From Octopus vulgaris (Eukaryota): DNA of 64,000 bases. The notes beneath the pieces are model-generated. The model was not told the origin of the DNA. It saw only the letters and a program-made list of their open reading frames with translations, and did not search any database. Numbering within the stretch: the first letter of the stretch is position 1; each line of letters opens with the position of its first letter. Shown here one piece after another: positions 38,707 through 51,070 of the stretch. Position numbers and translations under genes: made by a program. The DNA is taken from the NCBI GenBank assembly GCA_951406725.2, contig OX597820.1:84878001-84942000 (forward strand), given 5' to 3'.

Positions 38707-39499
38707 ATACGACAAGAATGTATCTAATGTGTGTGTGTGTGTGTGTAAATTTAAATCAAGCAGAAACGGGAGAAAATTATTGATCAGTGAACAAATTGAC
38801 GGGCATTGGAAACATTGGAAGAAGAAACGGCTGTTACAAATAATAAAGTCTTATATTAAAAAAATTAATAATCGATTTAAATTTAAATTTCTTTTATTTG
38901 ATTTAAATTTCTTCAATTTCTGATTGATTTAAATTTGATTCCTGATACACTCTCGTTCATTTGGTTATTGCCTTATACTATGACCATACTATGCTTTGCA
39001 TATGCATGTCCAGGGTAAAATAGATAATTTATACTGGTAGTAAAAAGTATTCTTATCCTTGCACGGTAATTACAATCGCTAACTTTTCTAAACTTATATA
39101 TATATATGTATATAATGGAAGACGTATTGCATCAGGCACGCTGGTCAGGTAAACTTATCGCCTTTACTAATGGAGTTTCGATAAAAAGTTGGTAAGTTTT
39201 ATGATCAAAAAAGAAATAATTAGACAAACGAAATAACGAAAAAGAAGCTGCAAGGGAAAGAGTTAACTTCCCTTGAACCATTCTAGCTGTGGCCAAAATG
39301 GGCCAGTATCTGTAAGGTTTTCTTTAAGATATGATTTAGCAGTTAAAGTATATATTTAAGTGTGTAAGTAGAATGATAGTTCATGCTTATTTTCTAAAAT
39401 ATTTATAAGTGCCGTGTTTGATCATTCGAGCCATATGCCTACGTTGCTTGTTGCCCACAAATTTATGGTGCCGTTAATGGTGGACCACACTTGCAGTAC

Positions 39500-39880
39500 T
39501 ATTCTTTTCTACTCTAGGCACAAGGCCCGAAATTTTAGGGGAGTGGGGCCAGTCGATTAGATCGACCCCTGTATGCAACTGGTATTTAATTTATCGACCC
39601 CGAAAGGATGAAAGGCACAGTAAGCATCGGCGGAACTTTAACTCATGACGTAAAGACAGACAAAATACCTGTCTCTTTACTACCCACAAGGGGCTAAACA
39701 CAGAGAGGGCAAACAAGGACAGACAAACGGATTAAGTAGATTATATCGACCTCAGTGCGTAACTGTTACTTATTTAATCGACCCCGAAAGGATGAAAGGC
39801 AAAGTCGACCTCGGCGTATTTTGAACTCATGACGTAACGGCAGACAAAATACCGCTAATCATTTCGCCCTGTGTGCTATT
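39500..39880 (-). mobile_element. Dimeric tRNA-derived SINE (two tandem monomers)
   Basis: Core ATCGACCCCGAAAGGATGAAAGGC..CGGCG..AACTCATGACGTAA..CAGACAAAATACC occurs twice (~39595-39670, ~39778-39855) with different 3' tails. Confidence 0.85.
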
Positions 39881-40055
39881 TGTTTTAGTGTCAGCTTGAA
39901 GCCTTTCTTGTGGTACAATTTTCTTAACATGTGCTTTTGCTTTCGCTTTTGATCTAGTTTATTTAGTAAAAGACCAAATATTTTCGCTCAAAATTACTTT
40001 CCCAACTTCTTCGAATTTCATTGACATTGGATATCTTTCAGTATTATTATTATTA

Positions 40056-40454
40056 TTCAGTAGTTTTATTTTTTATAGCGTGCTTTCACTTCACTACTGA
40101 GCGCAGCTCTGTGTGCCTTGGGTACGTGCTGTGATTTGTTGTGATGCTCTGATGGTTATTGTATGGAAAGTGTTCTGCGTAGGATGTGTGCAGTGCCTAG
40201 TAGTGCAATTTTCTGTATGTTATATGTGTTTGTAAGTCCTGGTGTTTTTGTTATGTATTTGTCTGAATATTTTTTTATCATGCCTAATGCACCTACTATG
40301 ATAGGAATTGTTTCTGTTTTCAGGTTCCACATTCTAGTTATCTCTAATTCCAGGTCTTTGTATTTTGAGAGTTTCTCCATTTCTTTTAGAGACACGTTGT
40401 CATCTGCCGGTATTGATACATCAATTAGAAAGCATTTTTTTCTTCATGGTCTCA
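40056..40454 (-). mobile_element. Young 5'-truncated RLE LINE copy (~400 bp) embedded in (ATT)n
   Basis: Uninterrupted frame DHEEKKCFLIDVSIPADDNVSLKEMEKLSKYKDLELEITRMWNLKTETIPIIVGALGMIKKYSDKYITKTPGLTNTYNIQKIALLGTAHILRRTLSIQ*; (ATT)n on both sides. Confidence 0.93.
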
Positions 40455-40471
40455 TATTATTATTATTATTA

Positions 40472-40523
<52 letters not shown>

Positions 40524-40525
40524 CA

Positions 40526-40596
<71 letters not shown>

Positions 40597-40613
40597 GTTA
40601 TTGTTGTTGTTGC

Positions 40614-40673
<60 letters not shown>
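40455..40673. repeat. (ATT)n microsatellite
   Basis: Seen directly. Confidence 0.97.
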
Positions 40674-40675
<2 letters not shown>

Positions 40676-43469
40676 TTAAATATATTTTATTAATGTCGCT
40701 GTAAAATGTTTCCAAATATGGAATTCTTCTCAATGAGCTGAGGCTTAAAATAGTATAAATCTATCTAAAAGTTTTGTTTTCCTTCAAATGAGTGCTATAA
40801 TATTGCTTGTTATTTTTGTTTTGTTTTTGCTTTGTTGTTTTTTTTTTAATGTCAAATCCCTCCTTTCCAATTCCACTATACATGAATAGATCAATCGGTA
40901 TTTTTTTTGTCGTGAATACTCGCAATTCTTTTCCTTTCGTTCTCGTGATATGTTGCAGATTGGATTGATGTAGAGCTCCGTGTACAAGAAATAAGCCAAT
41001 TCCTTTTCATAATATCATTACTTTTAAATAGATTAGGAAATTAAATCTAGTAACATACGGATAGTGTATTTCTCTAGATATAATGGCTCCTGGGGTTACA
41101 TCTTTATATATTTATTTCGTGGAATATTTCATTACAGATTTTCATTTTTACACAGTGATGCATTGAAGGAATGTTTAAAATGTTTGAAAAAAAGGTCAAG
41201 CCACTTTTTATTCTAGCTTTCTACATGTGTCTTCCAAACATCGCTGATTTCAACTTTTCTCTTCTTCTCCACAGTGTTGATAAAATAAAGTTCCTGTCAA
41301 GGCCTGGCAATATTTACACTAAGTATTTGATTGATATCCGGAAATAAAACGCTTGTTTCCGTGTGCTTGCGTTTCCATTTTATCAATCTTAAGACACCAA
41401 CAATTAGAGATTTGGCTTCTATTTATAACCTTCATTACATTATCATTATGTTTGTTCGCATTTCTTTATAATTGGAAATCTATTTAAGAGTAACATTATC
41501 ATTTATTAAGACTGATACTTTGATAAGATGATAATTATCTCCTTGATAACCATAATCCATGAAAATTATCTTTTAACTATCAACCTGTGTTTAACCTCAC
41601 TAGATATGTGTATGTAAATCTGAAAAATAAAATGAAGGTAAGTGTAATCTTTTTTCTGGTTAAGTCATCTTACCTATCTCTACATACAGTTCACTTAAAT
41701 GTTTTTACTTTAAATTATTTCATTCATCCGTTTCTATTGCGAGAATCTAAATCTAATCCACAATAAAGTCCGTCTGTTATCGCATTGAATCTTTTCTTCT
41801 AATGTTATTTTTTTCTTTTTCTAGACACATTTATCTTGATAAAAACTTCAAACGTCAGCATTTAGGGGGCTTTTCTTTCGTTGTTTATTGAAGCATTATT
41901 CTGCAGTAAGATTTTAGTTTACAGTTTTGAGATAATGAAACTTACATTTTAGAAACTCTTTATTGCCTCTCTATCTGGCATATTCCTGTTTTGTATTTCC
42001 ACAGTTCACTAAAGATGAACTATGATTTCTCTTGTTGATTTGCCATTTCCAACAGACTCATCCGCGTCAGCTTGTACTTTATATGATACATCATAAAATA
42101 CGCCCGGAGAGCTAAGTATTTATTGGAGCATTGATCAACTCACAGGGATCGAATGCATTCAAAAGGTTTCTTTATCGCTACTCCTAACAAGTTGCAGGAT
42201 TCGGTCACATTTACAATGATTGCACCACTGCAAAATATTCTGGAATCTGCATGGATATCACAGAGAAAGGTCTCCTTTCTGATCCACTTCTTATTGCATG
42301 CACGATTCCGCATAAATGTCCCTACACTCCATCAACTTTTATAACAGTTACGAGGCAATTTTTTCGATTTGGGTGTCGTGAGTTAGCGTCTCCGGATTTC
42401 ATCACCGTAACACATTATGCATACAGAGGTGGTCACAATCATTCTAAACTAATGCTAAGTCGAGGTAGGAAAAGATGATTTGAGTCAAGTTATTTTGGAG
42501 CATTGGAATATCTGGAGATATATTTAGACCCTCGGATGACGTTGTGGGATATTGGACCATATAAATTGATTGATGAGTGAACTGACAGCACCATCTGAAC
42601 AAATATCTCAACAAATAGAACAATATACGAGCAAAGTGATGAGCAAAATTGTGTCGAGCAGAACCTACTTTAAAAGGTTAATCTGAGGCGCAGGTGTTGA
42701 TTCTTCTCCGAAGGCACATCTCTCTACTCCTTACCTGTGTTTAGAAAATACCAATATTTAGTATATGCTACCTGGAATTTGTTCCAGCCCTCACTGCTCT
42801 CTATTACAATGCGTAGATGCAATCTCCATTTTAGCAATGTATTACTTGATTTGTAAGATGATACCCTCGGAAAATTACTGGGCATCGATGAGAATAGGAA
42901 ATCATTAGCATTTCAATGCTGACTTATAACTCCCCACGCACGTCATAGCATCAGGTAGGAATCTCCTATATAAACGCAGATCAAAGAAAGCCTACTCAAC
43001 GCACGCACTTGAGCATGTTCTAAGTATACCTGACTTTTAAGTTATGTGTAACAGTTAGCGTAGTATATAGAGTTTTTCGGCAAACAACCATAGACATCAT
43101 GTAACCACTCATTTTATAAAGCTGGGCAGTCAATTTCAGTGTCTGACGTTTAGTCGAATGTGGTTATCCAGTGGGTCCGATTAAAAACGATTGAAGTGAG
43201 ACATCTTGTTTGGGTAATCGACATTTATAAAGCCCACTTGAAAAATAAATTAATACTTCTACAATAGGAAGTGCTCCTTCTATTGAATATCTTTGAAACG
43301 TTGTTGACTGTGGATAATTAGATAGAGTGAATAGAAATACATTATGTATGTGCCTGTATATTGGAGACAAACAGCTGATATTGGGTATTCCTCCTTTTTC
43401 ATAAAAATATTCTTGATGTTTCCTGGTTGGCCCTAGCTGGAGGCATTCCTGTGACTGTGAGATTACAAC

Positions 43470-43595
43470 AAACGTTTTCCCTTCAATTATTTCGGATGTC
43501 GATAAATTAAGTACCAATGAAACATTGGGCTTAATGTAATCGATTATTCCCCTCCTCAATAATGCCAAGTCTTATGTTTATAGTAGAAAGGATTA
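43470..43595 (+). mobile_element. Diverged SINE fragment of the GGGGTCGATAAA family
   Basis: TTTCGGATGTCGATAAATTAAGTACCAATG..AATCGATTATTCCCCTCC..TATAGTAGAAAGG. Confidence 0.6.
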
Positions 43596-43801
43596 CGTTT
43601 TGTACCACACATTTTATCCCCTTTATTTTTTTATTTATTTATACAAGTTTTTAGATGTGCTGTGAACAGTCCTCCTATCATAACGCTGATGTAGGAAATA
43701 AAACATTTTTATTTCTCTTCTTCTTCTTCTTCTTCTTCTTCTTCTTCTTCTTCTTCTTCTTCTTCTTCTTCTTCTTCTTCTTCTTCTTTTCCTTCTTCTT
43801 C

Positions 43802-44141
43802 TTTTTCTAACCCATCCCACTCAAAAGGTCCCTAAATAAGGGTTGTTTAAGGATGTTGAACGAAACACACATGTTTCCAGAGGTGAATTATTCAAACCCC
43901 CAAAATCCCTCTCAACACATGGCTATGATGCTCCCCCACTACTTCTGCTCATTTTCAGAGATGCACATATCATCAGCCACTAAGGGACATGCTCAACTGG
44001 TTATGGTCAAACAACTGACAAGCAAGTCAGAATATTTGCTGTAGTCCATCTTTTATACCAAGACAAAACAATGTACATTATAACACTTCCAATCAGTTAA
44101 GATCAGACCCATGAGAGCCACTGCCTGGTACAGCATCAGGG

Positions 44142-44142
<1 letters not shown>
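43802..44142 (+). mobile_element. Probable 3' UTR of a non-LTR element ending in an (ATT)n tail
   Basis: Non-coding, GC-richer block between (CTT)n and (ATT)n, ending GCATCAGGGC-(ATT)n; family not assignable from the sequence alone. Confidence 0.5.
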
Positions 44143-44240
<98 letters not shown>

Positions 44241-44244
44241 GTTA

Positions 44245-44457
44245 TTCAGTAGTTTTATTTTTATAGCGTGCTTTCACTTCACTACCGAGCGCAGCTCTCT
44301 GTGCCTTGGGTATGTGCTGTGATTTGTTGTGATGCTCTGGTGGTTATTGTATGGAAAGTGTTCTGCGTAGGATGTGTGCAGTGCCTAGTAGTACAATTTT
44401 CTGTATGTTATATGTCTTTGTAAGTCCTGGTGTATTTGTTATGTATTTGTCTGAATA

Positions 44458-44461
<4 letters not shown>
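44245..44461 (-). mobile_element. Short 3' end (~217 bp) of the young RLE LINE family in (ATT)n
   Basis: Near-identical to 10828-11039 and 40056-40270; (ATT)n at 44143-44243 and 44462-44579. Confidence 0.92.
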
Positions 44462-44490
<29 letters not shown>

Positions 44491-44501
44491 CATTATTATT
44501 A

Positions 44502-44568
<67 letters not shown>

Positions 44569-44579
44569 CATCATTATTA

Positions 44580-44985
44580 TACACTCAATAGACTTGACTT
44601 TTGGAAAATTAAAGAATGCTGACATCGGACTACAATAATTTGCCTTAGATGCCAAGAATCCTCCTAAGTATCCTAGCTGCCCCTAATAACTCTGTTTTCT
44701 GCAGCTGTTCTTAATGCCTATTTCCTGTATCTATCTGCTCATATCTTTAGGGATATTTCCGAATGCACCTATAACTGCTGGAATACATTTTGCTCGCACA
44801 TTCCATGGTCTCTGTAATTCAATAGCTAGGTCCTGCTGCTTTGCTATTTTGCCTATAGTTCTCATATTCATTTTTTTTTCATCATTTGGAAGTCTAACGT
44901 CAATTATCTGGCACTTTCTATTCTCTTCATCTACTACTACCAGGCATGGCCTTCTAGATTCTATTACCCTGTCAGTCTGATTTAT
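44580..44985 (-). mobile_element. 3' fragment of RLE LINE (family of 29790 and 50568)
   Basis: QTDRVIESRRPCLVVVDEENRKCQIIDV..QQDLAIELQRPWNVRAKCIPAVIGAFGNIPKDM (ORF 44731-45000); 3' UTR matches 52850-52930. Confidence 0.87.
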
Positions 44986-45000
44986 TATTAGTATTATCAT

Positions 45001-45002
45001 TT

Positions 45003-45075
<73 letters not shown>

Positions 45076-45172
45076 GGTGTTGGTGGTGGTGGTGGTGGTG
45101 GTAGTGGTGGTGGTGGTGGTGGAGGTGGTGGTGGTTGTGGTATTGGTGGTGGTAGTAGTAGTAGTAGTAGTT

Positions 45173-45258
<86 letters not shown>

Positions 45259-45277
45259 TGTAGCAGTAGTAGTAGTG
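45001..45277. repeat. (TAG)n/(TGG)n compound microsatellite
   Basis: Seen directly. Confidence 0.97.
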
Positions 45278-46602
45278 CAAATAATGTATATGCGTTTTCA
45301 ATTTTCTGTGTTGATATTTGAACTCTAGGATGAGAGAATAAATCACGTGTATGAACTGAAGTTGATTGAATTGACTGTTGCATTCCACTAAGCGATATGT
45401 CATTTTGTACTGCAATAACTCAATGTAATTCTTTCCTTGAAATGTTGTAATGTAGGACAGTAGCGATTGTCTTCTAATAATATATTGATCTTCAAGTATC
45501 CTTTAGACTTTAGTTGCACGAGAATGTTAATTGAACTATAGTAATTGAAAGCGGTGTATTGTCTTTCGCAATCGGAAATATAATATCGTAGTATGAGTAC
45601 ATATAAGATTAATAAGAATAGCAGTGACTTTTGTAAAACATACAATCTAGTGAAAATCCGCTGTTCCCTAGATGGGGTTGTTCAGCATGTTAGGAATAAA
45701 ATGCAAAATTCACTCAACTAACAACAACTTGTTCACAGGCCTTAAAAGACGGAATTGTCAAGATCGAAATAGTTTCATTTTACGTGTCATCCTTGAGAAG
45801 TAATTTACAACAAACACATGAACACCTGTCTTTGATTCCATTCCCTTACAAAGAGGAACCAGAATTAAAATGATGTTCGTGTGTGGCAAGTATGCATGTG
45901 GGCAGCTGCATCAAAATAGTCACAAAATAATACTTTGTCAAATTTTGAAGCATATTAATCAATGCATGGTTGGAAAAATAATATATCAATTCCTTTCACA
46001 GATCTGTTAGATCACGACTGAAGTATGTTTCATCAACGTTAGATGTATTTCGTCATATTTTCATCTCATATCGTCCCTGTAGTTAGGTTACAGCTGCATA
46101 CGCATGCTCCATGAATATGATTATGAATAAACAATCTTGTTAACGGCTGAGATTTACTAATTGACGGCCGCCTTGGGAAGATAAAAATTCTGTTATAACA
46201 TATCATTAACCTTCGCTAGGTTGTAATTTCAATGAAAGTCACGTCACTTTCCGAAGATAATTAACTAAATCTCATAAGGAGTTTTACAGAAAGTAATGCA
46301 AAATTTGGAATAAAATTCTAAACTGACATACGTTGTTCGGATTATGCATTACAAGTAGTTAGTATAAGTCACCTTTCGGATAATGGTACGTGTCAACATA
46401 GTTCTCATTGCAAGTGATGTATTCCAACTATTTTTGAATGCAATTCCTCGATCATCTTTGAAAACATTAAATGTACACTGTTTATAGCTGTTTTTAGCAC
46501 ATCTTTATCATCAAATCGTTCTCCCCGAAGATTTTAGAGACAGTTGACTAACAGAAGGTACACACTCCGGCTTGAACTGTGACTGGACGCACACTGACCT
46601 AC

Positions 46603-46734
46603 CAAATGTGTTGATTTCCTAATCTTCATGAACATAAAGCATCGTTCTCTATGCGGATTGTTTATAGATTCTTCTTCGATGTCTTTCACTGAATGGCTTC
46701 TCTGATCTTCCTGAGTGTCTTGGTACAACTTTCG
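46603..46734 (-). CDS. Candidate 132-nt internal exon (phase 0-0), unknown product
   Basis: Acceptor ttattttgccctgaatag|, donor TTG|gtaggt, open frame RKLYQDTQEDQRSHSVKDIEEESINNPHRERCFMFMKIRKSTHL in unique sequence. Confidence 0.3.
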
Positions 46735-49700
46735 CTATTCAGGGCAAAATAACGTTCCAAAAACTGGTGCCGATCATTAGGCATGAAATTCTTAGGTCAT
46801 GGAGAAGTATGGAATTGTTTTCTGATCATAATCACATGCTCACGTTTTATCAGCGGTCACCAGATAAAACGGGAAAATAGTTATTTCAATTGGCGTCAGA
46901 AGATTCCAGCTGATAAGATAGTCTTTCGCTCTTCTTTACTTCGAAACAGGGATGAATTACCGTCTTACCTACGTTATTAACACTTTATGATTTTAAGATT
47001 TTCTATAATGCAAATTTACCACAGACCGACAGTCTAAGGCAGATCACGTTTTGCTTTTCACTAATCAAAGTGAATCAAATCGTCCACTCGCTACTACTTA
47101 GTGTTTGTGGTGTCACTTGAAAATCTACTTTGTGCAGATATTCCTCAATACCAGTCTCACCTACTTGAGACGTCTTAATTTCTCTGTGCATACTACTGTT
47201 TTCTGTATTTCTTTTCCAAACATGACTTGAAAACGTGTGTAGATGTCAGTGAGTTCTGGCAACCTATCTGACTCCAGAATTCAATTACAGCATGTTGCTG
47301 TATAGAACCATTTAATGGACTCAACTGAAGACGGTAAAAAAGCATTGTTACTGTAAATGAAGATTTACTCTATCAACGTGCGCTGTTTGATGGGTCTGTT
47401 GCACTTAACGTAATATATATTCCCACCCTTTCATTACTTACACTCACCCCTTATATTAGACTAAAAAATGTTAACATACTTTAGGACAGTATAGTTGCCA
47501 CGAGGTACACCATAAATTATTATTATCGATGTAATTTATGCAAATTAATCAAAAATAACACTTCGTGTTCATTAATAATTAAAAACAAATCTTAAATGTA
47601 TGACAATATATAAATTTATGACAATTCAGTAGACACAGGTCCAGGGAAATGAATACTGAGAACAGATATTGCATCCCGTTGACCAAACAACGTTACTGAA
47701 AATTTTATACAGCCTGAAATCAACTATGTAAACATATCATAAAGTTACATTTAACGCATTATTCAAATGTGAATCAGTGTCACAAAATTACATAGTTTTG
47801 AATGGCCATCAAGATTCAGTACATAATGGAACAACACATTTGACATAAACATCAATAGAAGCAGTAATGAAAGATCATATAAATTTTATTGCACCCGTTG
47901 AACGAATTACACGTTTTGATGGAACATCCCAAGACATACATTTTCATTTATTGATAGCGTAAATTGAAAAGTATGAAAACTACATGAAAAATTGTCTTCA
48001 TCATTTTTATCAAGATTTTCTCTTAAATTTAGCTTTATTGTGCAGCATTAGTATGACCATATTTTGACCGACTCACACACCTATCATAGTCCTTTTGATT
48101 TTTCAGTAGTAACACTTTGATTCTTGAGAAGGTTTTATAATTTTATGAAATTTGATGATATGATGAATTGCTCAATCACCGATATTCTTTTCATTCCTGG
48201 TTCAGAAGCGTTAAATGTAATTTACTTTAGGGTTCTACAGAAACTTGAGAATGTATAGGTGTCAGATAACTTGCCAGAAAACTTGCACAAAACATACTTA
48301 GTACAAGATAATTTGTTAATTGGAAAACTCAGTAATGCTTAAACAGTTCATCGCAGTTTTTCTGTTTTCCACATAATCTGTATGTCAGGTTTATGTCCGT
48401 ATATAAAAGCAAACTGTGTGGAACACATACATATACAGACCCAGAGGCACACACAGAGAGGCACATCCAAACACAGAGTCATATACACACACAAAGGCAC
48501 ATACACACACAGAGGCACATACACTCACACACAAACATACACATGATATTAACCTGAATACTGAAAACGTTTTTGGTCTATTATTTGTAATGCACGGCAT
48601 ATAAGACACTTAGGAGATTGGTATTCTAGTTAATCATGTTACTTATAAAGAGGTACTATTACAATTAATAATTTGAGTAGAATCATTGTGAAAATACTTT
48701 ATCTTTATTACGCGCAGTTGAATAGAGGGGTTGCTAAATCTGTTGAACGTTTGATCTCAGAAGTTCACCGCCATGTCATTGTTCATCAATGTCTACAAAC
48801 ATCGAGGAACCTCAATTCCAATCCTCTCTATATAATTATTTTATTTATATATTTTCTTTGCAAGAAAATCTTTCTATAGTTTTATATATTGGTATTTCTT
48901 TTATCAATAGTTTCGAATCTCCATCATTTTGAAAGGAAATTGGATACAATCCCCAACTTCTCCACAACTTTCTTCTGTCTGAGACATCTATAACTCCATT
49001 AGATATTAACTGATAATCGCATTAGTATAATTGATTGATGCAATTTTAAGGAAATTAAAGTTATCTTCCTGGATGTTTAGGAATGCATCAATTCGTGAGC
49101 TATATAACAAAGGCATGACAATTATATATTGCCACACCATACATTGAACGGAATTAGGATTTTTTTCCATGATAATTATAGTGTCTTTACTGAGAATGCA
49201 AGTATTTTGCCAGGCATGATCACATAAATTGGAAAGAAAGATTATTTTAAATTTGTAATCATAAATATCTTTTCGATAAAGCCAGATTTCAATGACGAAC
49301 GTTATATCCAGGTTTCAGTAATTACAATACATCAACAATAATCGTTTAATGCAACATTTTCCTACATTGCAATTAAGTTTTCCAATTTAACGTTATTACA
49401 GTTAAAATAAGACCATTGTAAACGACGAATTCTTCTCATTATGGAATGTTGATAAGAATTTCAACGAATGACACAATTAGTATAATTGCTTTTAAAATGC
49501 TTTCTAATATTTGTTTTCGGTTGTTACTTTCCTGAGTTCAATTGAAGCTAAGGTCCTCTTTGGAAGAATATTTGTACAGAACTGATGTAACAAGTGAAAG
49601 GTAAGTACTAACCACGATGTATTTGGTCAAGAAATAAATTATGCTCATTCTCATCGTTCTTTAATCTTTCTGTTTTCTTTTTCTTCCATGCTCCTATCTT

Positions 49701-49969
49701 TCTTTCTATCCTCCTTCCGTTCATTCTTTCTTTTTTCACTTCTTTCTGTCATCTTTCTTTTCTTCTTCTTCTTCTTCTTCTTCTTCTTCTTCTTCTTCTT
49801 CTTCTTCTTCTTCTTCTAGTAATACTATTACTACTACTACTACTACCACCACCACCACAACCACTACGACTACTATTAATACTACTACTAATACTAATAT
49901 TACTACTACAACTACTACTACTACTGCTGCGGCTACTGCTGCGGCTACTGCTGCTTCTACTACTACACA

Positions 49970-50272
49970 TGATGATGATGGCGAAGTCTCCTGTAGGAGA
50001 CGCCGTGTAAGAGTTCAGATTTTGCCGAATGATCTGCAAAATTTATTTGCTTATAGTAATCAAATGCTTGCGCCTCACATTAACTCACACTCTTCATCAA
50101 CTCAGCTTGGTCTGAACAGGTGCATTGTGTACCACACGTCAGGTGTCGAAGTGATCCCAGAGCAACGCAGGTAAAAGGTGTTTTCCTCAAGAACACGAAG
50201 GACCACTCGGTCTCAGAATTTAAATCGCTAGATGTTGAGTGCAACACCACGACCAGTAGTCCATGCGGCCTT
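49970..50272 (-). mobile_element. Diverged tRNA/CORE-like SINE with (CAT)n tail
   Basis: Minus-strand head GGCCGCATGGACTACTGGT, GTGTTCTTGAGGAAAACAC..GTTGCTC (cf. 33530-33565), ends CGCCATCATCATCAT. Confidence 0.55.
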
Positions 50273-50274
50273 AC

Positions 50275-50567
<293 letters not shown>

Positions 50568-51070
50568 GGAATTCAATATGAATGGAGGACAACCTCCATA
50601 GATCAGGACTAGCAAGATTAATAATGACGGAAGAGGGCTTAATACTAGTAGAATACTGCATGGAGTTAGAGTTGATATAAACCGCTAGGGAAATAATAGT
50701 GAAGAAAGTTTATTAAAAGCTGCTAAGGTCACGACGAGACATATAGAAACTAAAACACAAACGAAGCTAAAAACTAGAAAAGAGAACAGAAGTAATGTGA
50801 CTGGAAGGAGAAGGCGTTGCATGGTAGATTCCTAAATACAATTACAGCAAAAAATAGTAGTGAGGTATTGCTACGTTTGCAGAAAGGAATGCTGGAAAAA
50901 ATCGGTTAGTAGCTGCAGAAGATCAAGCAGTAATGACTAATTGCATAGAGGAAAAGATTATTTGAACAGATAGTTAGAGGAAATAGACATAAAAACCAGT
51001 TTATTACAGCTCCTGGATACAGTATTATTAGGGACAGTTATGCTACTCAGGATGGTTTTTGGCATGTAAG
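50568..51070 (+). mobile_element. Internally deleted 3' fragment of RLE LINE
   Basis: 50568-50900 parallels 51880-52230 (AAGGAATTCAATATGAATGGAG..); 50955-51070 parallels the C-terminus at 52745-52860. Confidence 0.78.

Noticed and set aside
42215-42320. piggyBac-like C-terminal Cys-rich motif (minus strand RNRACNKKWIRKETFLC)
   Set aside because: Only partial Cys pattern; no TTAA/TIR or DDD core found nearby
43164-43568. 134-aa minus-strand ORF
   Set aside because: Its start lies in an antisense SINE fragment and the rest has no recognisable motif
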